Part shown: one piece after another, positions 58,831-64,000 of the stretch
How the letters are laid out: every line of letters starts with the position of its first letter
Numbering within the stretch: the stretch's first letter is position 1
NCBI GenBank assembly: GCA_965220875.1
Contig: OZ244849.1
Coordinates: forward strand, 1,466,401 to 1,530,400
Length of the DNA: 64,000 nt
Reading direction: 5' to 3'
Source: Gammaproteobacteria bacterium
GTDB lineage: Bacteria > Pseudomonadota > Gammaproteobacteria > UBA4575
The notes under the pieces: generated by a model
Database searches by the model: none
Seen by the model: the letters and a program-made list of their open reading frames with translations, nothing else
What the model was told of the DNA's origin: nothing
Made by a program: the position numbers and the translations under genes

Positions 58831-59718
58831 ATGAAGGCTATGGACATGTTTCCAGATGATGAAACAGCCAGAAAGTAGTTTGAAGAAACTCGATGGCCTG
58901 ACGGAAATGTGCATTGTCATAAGTGCGGTTCTACCAATGTACAGTGTGGAACCAAGCATCCTACCATGACGCACAGATGCAGGGATTGTGGCAAGTTCTT
59001 TTCTGTGAAGTCTGGAACTGTAATGCAAGGTTCCAAGTTAGGTTATCGTGTTTGGGCCATTGCCATATTCCTGCTGACTACCAACCTCAAGAGTGTATCC
59101 AGTTTGAAGCTGCATCGTGATCTGGACATTACCCAAAAAACAGCTTGGCACCTTGCACACAGACTTAGGAAAGGCTGGCAGAGTGGACAAGGTTCATTTT
59201 CTGGTCCTGTGGAATTTGATGAAGCCTATATCGGAGGCAAGGAGCGAAACAAGCATGCAAACAAGAAGCTGAGGGCTAGCAGAGGTGGAGTCGGCAAGTC
59301 AGTTGTTGTGGGCATCAAGGACAGGGAAACCAACAAGATCAGCGCAAGACTGGTAGGCGACACGACTATGGAAACACTACATGACTTTGTGCTGAGTCAC
59401 ACTTGCGTCAATGCTTCCATCTACACGGATGACCATCGCTCTTATCAAGGCTTGCCGAATCACGAAGTGGTTAAGCATTCGGTCAGTGAGTATGTACGGG
59501 ATCAGGCGCATGTGAACGGGATTGAATCCTTCTGGGCACTGCTGAAAAGAGGCTATCACGGCACATTTCATCACATGTCAGAAAAGCACCTGGACAGATA
59601 CGTTGGTGAGTTCTCAGGTCGGTATAACCAAAGGGACTACGACACCATTGATCAGATGAAGTTGATCGTCAGAGGCCTTGAAGGAAAAAGCCTCAAGTAT
59701 CGGGAACTGGTGAACTAA
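58831..59718 (+). pseudogene. IS1595-family transposase with an in-frame TAG at codon 16 (58876-58878); otherwise intact
   Basis: MKAMDMFPDDETARK-TAG-FEETRWPDGNVHCHKCGS zinc ribbon ... EFDEAYIGGK ... HVNGIESFWALLKRGYHGTFHH; GTG at 58909 could re-initiate. Confidence 0.75.
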
Positions 59719-59850
59719 GATGAACTGGGTAGACGCAAGGTACAAGTGCACTCCCCAGCATTATCTTGAAAAGTTGGTAAAAACTGTCAGAAAGGATGTC
59801 GCTGCTTTCAACAAACTTCCTGGCGATAAAAAGGTATTCAAGTCGAAGAT

Positions 59851-60147
59851 GTGACCTCCGGGGTACAGGTTTACCAAGGCAAGTATGTCTACAATATGCA
59901 AAACAGGATTCTGGTTAAGGACGAGGAGCTGTCTTACGATTATGTGGAGTTAGTGCTGCAAGACTCAAATCTGATTGCTCACAGAGCCGAGCAGTGGAGT
60001 TTTGAAATCAAGACCCAATGGAACGAGCAAAAGCTGGAATGTGATTTGTATATTGAAGAAGGGAATGTGCTTTACATTTCCATGCTAAACACCCATCATT
60101 CTCCTGTCTCCATAGCTAAAGTAACCCAATGTCGGGTCTCTTGCTAA
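59851..60147 (+). CDS. Hypothetical protein
   Basis: 98 aa ORF. Confidence 0.35.
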   Translation: MTSGVQVYQGKYVYNMQNRILVKDEELSYDYVELVLQDSNLIAHRAEQWSFEIKTQWNEQKLECDLYIEEGNVLYISMLNTHHSPVSIAKVTQCRVSC

Positions 60148-60184
60148 ATACAATAACCTTTGGGTAAATAGGCAGAACATCTTC

Positions 60185-60812
60185 ATGAACAGGTTAATAC
60201 TTTTTCTCGTATTACTGCTCAGTACAGGGGTAAGTGCAGAAATCGATCTCACAAAGCCATCCTATAACTATGTCAGTCTGGAGTATGAAGTCGCCGATGA
60301 CCATGATGGGTCAAACGCAGTAACTTACGGATTCTGTTTCGAACCTGTAAAAGACCATGACTGGTTTCATATCTTCGGAGGTTGGCAGGAAGGAAACCTT
60401 GACCTTTCAATGGGCGTCAGGGCAAAGCGTGAAGGTTATCTTGTTGGCGGCGGGTTCAAGCACTACCTGAATGAGCGCAGCACAGTCCACGCCAGAATAG
60501 GTTACGTGGATTCAACGACAAGGATAAGAGGGGTTAGGATTCCCACACCTGGGGGGGGGGGTGATTGAACTGCCTACCTTGAGTGTTTCAGCTGTAGGTA
60601 AATATATTGAACTGGGAGCCAGAACTGTTCTGAAACCCAAATGGGAACTGATCAGTTTTGCCAGCTATGTAGACGCTGGCGGGTTCATCCGGCGATTTAT
60701 CTGGACGACACTGGAATATCGTGTTCTGGATAACCTTGGGCTTAACATTAGTGCAAGGGTTCAAGATGGAGAAGGCGATGCTGTGATCTATGCCATGAGA
60801 TATCATTTTTAA
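60185..60812 (+). CDS. Small outer-membrane beta-barrel protein, out of frame at an 11-G homopolymer (phase OFF as sequenced)
   Basis: Signal peptide MNRLILFLVLLLSTGVSA; ORFs 60185-60568 and 60561-60812 join into one about 209-aa protein ending ...YAMRYHF if the G tract were 10 nt. Confidence 0.65.
60551..60561 (+). repeat. Poly-G homopolymer (11 G) within the OMP coding sequence
   Basis: Seen directly. Confidence 0.9.
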
Positions 60813-61033
60813 CAGTGATTGGAGGCAAGATGTGAAAAAGAAAAGAATCATCAAACTGAAACACCTCAGCTACCAGCCGAAAAAGGCCGAGTTGGAAAAG
60901 AAAATTAGGATCAAGGCAACACCAGAGGAATTTGCGAAAGCCTTGATGCAGGATGTTGAAATCAAGTACGAGGAATGAGGGGTGGTTCGTTACTTAGGTA
61001 TATAATCCCCCAATTAATAATACAAGAAGCCGG

Positions 61034-61735
61034 GTGCTGGAAAGCTTGGTCAAGTTTGGTTATTGGGTACGTAACAAAACTAAAAACCAACAGGCAGAAA
61101 CACCAGAAGTTTTTGACATTCTGAACAAAAGGCTTGCTCCAGCATCTGACTACCCACTGACCGTGCCTGAATATGCCATCCTTGGGAGATGGTTTGGCCA
61201 TATATGGGAATTGGATCAAAATTGGACGACAGAGCATAAAAAATATTTTTCCCCACAGCAGACTATGCAGGCCTGAAAGGCAGCTTTCGAAAATTACTTG
61301 AGGTGCTTTCATCCCCGTGAACCAATCTTTGATACAGTAAAAAGTGAGTTTGTATTTGCACTTAAGAATCTCGGTAAATTTGAAGTGGGTCACGACCAAA
61401 GAGACGAACTGAAGAACTCCTTAAGCAAACACTTATTTTCATATTATCTTTGGGAAGCATACCCGCTGAAAGGGAGCAGTAGCTTGCTGGAGAAATTTTA
61501 CGAAAGTACTGAGGAAAACAAGACTCACTGGGCTGATTTGTTTGGTCATGTGGGCCGTATATTGAAAAACAACGAACAACTGGATAGTGGTATTAAGCAA
61601 AGAATCATCGAGTACTTTGATTGGCGCCTGGAAAAGAAAGATAAATCCGAGCTTAAAGAATTTACTTTTTGGCTTGAAGCTAGGTGCCTTGAAAATTTGA
61701 TTGGGTTCAGGGATGTAACAGCGATCCAACGATAA
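61034..61735 (+). CDS. Hypothetical protein; two same-frame ORFs separated by a TGA at 61274-61276
   Basis: ORFs 61034-61276 and 61298-61735 share a frame. Confidence 0.3.
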
Positions 61736-62016
61736 CGATGATTTGGGCAACTCTATAGATTGCTTACATGACGTCACTGGGTATGATAGGAATAAACAAT
61801 GGGAAAAAACATTGAGTTATGTTATTGCGCGCCCGCTGGATAAGTCATATAATATGGCAATAAGCTATTCGTGTTAGAGAATGCGAGAGCTGACTCCTAA
61901 TACAAGCCCATAAGGAAGAAGTACAGGTTCATAAGGAAGGAGGCAGAAATGGCTACAAAAAATCCATCATCACCCAGAAAGAAACCTTCCAAATCCAAGG
62001 CTCAGGCGCTTCTTCG

Positions 62017-63540
62017 TTGACAGCTGAAGAAAAGCTGGCCAGGAGGAAGCTGAGTGCGCTTCAGCGCGGAATACATCGAATCGGTGCGGAGGACACTACT
62101 CCATGCTCGGTTTCAGTGGTGGGGATAGGCAAAACAGGCGCAGACGTCATTGCACAGATTTTAAGAGAGAAAGCAGAACGTCAGGTCGAATCCGACAGTG
62201 CCCCGTTGAATGTGCTCGCCGTGGACATTGGTGACCAGGATCTCCATCAGCTACGTGAACTTGCTGACAAGCTGCCCGGGGATGCTGCAAATGTTGAAAC
62301 GGTGGCGCTTGAAGTCCCTGAGCGGGATGAACTTTTCAACAGTTTGCGCAGAATGCGTGAATTTCTAAAACTCGAATATCCCCGATACTACTGGAATCCA
62401 AACTACGAGCCCTGGCTGCCTTCCGGCATCAGCTTGTCCAAGGAAGGGGAACACTTTCAGCGTTCGGTATCAAAAGCCATTTATGCAAAAAGCTACTATG
62501 ACGGCACACGTCCGATGCGTGATGCGATGAAGCGTTTTGCCGAGAATGTCGACAATCTGCCAGGCCAATCCGTGGTGGCTGTAGTGTTCGGTCTCGGCGG
62601 CGGTACGGGCAGCGGGATCATGGTCGACATGGCACGTCATCTTTCGAATGTCTGCTTTGGCAGGCGTGCACTGGTGGTTGGCGTTGCAATTTTGCCCTGC
62701 GAAGGCGATGATGAAGCCCATCGAGGCAGTCATTTGTTCCCTGCCTTGAATGAGCTGGACTGCATGGGCGATGAGGAAAAGAACAAGGGTGTGGTGTCCG
62801 TCTGGGGTGACCTGTACCGGAATCCGTTTACGGGTGGTGTGATTGTCGTTCCTCAGAAGGCGGTTTGGGAGACAACTCGTGACTTGGAAGAAACCCATGC
62901 GCGAATGGACCGGGAAATTTCGGCATTTTTGACACACAACAATGGTATAGATCTTTGGGAAACACTCAGGATGCTGAACTGGGTAGGCGCTCCACCAACA
63001 CAGCATGCTGCGGCTCGAACTCCATATGGCAACCGGTGGGCGCATGTACTGGGATTTGCTGATACCGAGGGGGACCTGCAGGCGAGTGATGATATGGCCG
63101 GTCGCCTGGGAATTCGCGACACGTATAAGCCGGAGTTCTTGGAAGTACGGGCGGCTGACCCGGAAGATGATAGGGCTTCCAAGGCTGCCCAGGCTTTAGG
63201 CAAGTCGTTTTCGCCGGTGGCAGAACCCGCGATTGCTGCTTCGGCCGGACTGGGCCCGACGTCCATGCAGTTCGTCCTGCCCTGCATAAACAAGTTGGAT
63301 TTTGATTTGTTTTTCGAATCGCGCCAGGCCTATGACCAGAACGAGTGGGAACAGAAGCTGGCATGTCATGCGTGGCTGGTGGACTTGGGCGTCATGCTTT
63401 GCGAGCCGGCTATCCGGTTTAACGGCATGGCGGGAGAATGCCTGTGGGGTTGCGCCTGCTGGGTGGTCGTACCCTATGACCAGATTCGCGGACCGGATCT
63501 TGAACAAAATGTAAAAACCGCAGCAGCTGAGGCAGGCTAA
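62017..63540 (+). CDS. Tubulin/FtsZ-superfamily GTPase (divergent; GGGTGSG signature)
   Basis: 507 aa; VVGIGKTGADVIAQI glycine-rich N-terminal loop; VVFGLGGGTGSGIMVD matches the tubulin T4 signature [SAG]GGTG[SA]G. Confidence 0.6.
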   Translation: MTAEEKLARRKLSALQRGIHRIGAEDTTPCSVSVVGIGKTGADVIAQILREKAERQVESDSAPLNVLAVDIGDQDLHQLRELADKLPGDAANVETVALEVPERDELFNSLRRMREFLKLEYPRYYWNPNYEPWLPSGISLSKEGEHFQRSVSKAIYAKSYYDGTRPMRDAMKRFAENVDNLPGQSVVAVVFGLGGGTGSGIMVDMARHLSNVCFGRRALVVGVAILPCEGDDEAHRGSHLFPALNELDCMGDEEKNKGVVSVWGDLYRNPFTGGVIVVPQKAVWETTRDLEETHARMDREISAFLTHNNGIDLWETLRMLNWVGAPPTQHAAARTPYGNRWAHVLGFADTEGDLQASDDMAGRLGIRDTYKPEFLEVRAADPEDDRASKAAQALGKSFSPVAEPAIAASAGLGPTSMQFVLPCINKLDFDLFFESRQAYDQNEWEQKLACHAWLVDLGVMLCEPAIRFNGMAGECLWGCACWVVVPYDQIRGPDLEQNVKTAAAEAG

Positions 63541-63584
63541 CAGGTGCCATCAGCGAAAGCGCTTGTAAAAAGGTTACTAGAGCG

Positions 63585-63911
63585 ATGCCACTAGATTGGG
63601 CACTAGTGAAAAAGAGATACAAAGACGGGATGGAGGTGCCTACCGTTGCGGGAGGCAAGACCCTGACCGTTACGGGGTGTGATGACGAGGCGATTTATAT
63701 AGAGAATCCGATTTGGAAGGCACAGTTGAGCAGAAATAATCTTGAGGAAGGAGTCAGGCTGATTGAAGAAGGTGTGATTGATAAAGACCCCGGATTATTC
63801 GTAGAAGATTACCGGGTCTACGTAACAGATGAACGCTCAACGTCAGCTGCGCATATTCTATACGATTTGGGTTTTCTTGATGAAGACACGGGCTTTACAC
63901 CAAGATGCTGA
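63585..63911 (+). CDS. Hypothetical protein
   Basis: 108 aa ORF downstream of the tubulin-like gene. Confidence 0.35.
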   Translation: MPLDWALVKKRYKDGMEVPTVAGGKTLTVTGCDDEAIYIENPIWKAQLSRNNLEEGVRLIEEGVIDKDPGLFVEDYRVYVTDERSTSAAHILYDLGFLDEDTGFTPRC

Positions 63912-64000
63912 ATCTTGCTCATTTTCGACGTAAGGCATTCAGTAGTTTCCAAAAATTGCTTAATCCGATTTTAAGCATACAAAATGTTTGCTAAAAAGCA

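Overview
This window is a mosaic of at least four kinds of DNA. (1) 1-10980, about 65% GC: the distal part of a conjugative transfer (MPF-G / ICEclc-PFGI-1-ICEHin1056-type) module of an integrative conjugative element. It contains the VirB4-like ATPase with a GPTGAGKS Walker A, an exported lipoprotein, several conserved 'ICE protein' genes and a TraG-like membrane protein. It stops abruptly after traG. (2) 10981-31900, about 40-45% GC: an accessory/defense island. It holds a type II-C-like CRISPR-Cas9 locus on the minus strand (cas9 of 1247 aa, cas1, cas2), a candidate tracrRNA with anti-repeat and terminator, and a minimal array of two 30-nt spacers between 36-nt repeats. The locus is split by an IS1595-family element that carries a beta-class DNA methyltransferase with a C-terminal PD-(D/E)xK-like domain. 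The IS is flanked by an 8-bp target duplication (TCTTTTTT) and replaces the 3' end of cas2, so the ancestral cas2 C-terminus can be read across the empty site. A second, diverged copy of the same transposase + MTase unit lies at the ICE boundary. The island also contains a brnTA toxin-antitoxin pair, an HNH nuclease with an unknown N-domain, a HAD 5'-nucleotidase with a small membrane partner, and a TbpB/fHbp-like protein that lacks a signal peptide. (3) 31900-38720, high GC: cargo comprising a GPP34-like membrane protein, a multiheme (at least 10 CxxCH) cytochrome c, a DUF3365-like heme protein and a large autotransporter. The autotransporter has an in-frame TGA and three perfect 60-bp tandem repeats encoding a PEPDPD-rich linker. 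Truncated IS1595 transposase remnants in inverted orientation bracket this segment. (4) 38720-64000, mostly low GC: further IS1595 remnants and one near-intact copy with an N-terminal TAG; small PD-(D/E)xK-like paralogs; two TbpB/fHbp-like surface lipoproteins; an ABC substrate-binding protein + OMP pair; a polytopic membrane protein; a tRNA-Pro(GGG) with an imperfect acceptor stem; a globin; a dGTPase remnant; an outer-membrane-protein gene switched off by an 11-G homopolymer; and a divergent tubulin/FtsZ-superfamily GTPase with a GGGTGSG signature. All calls rest on reading the translated ORFs and the DNA directly; no database searches were run.
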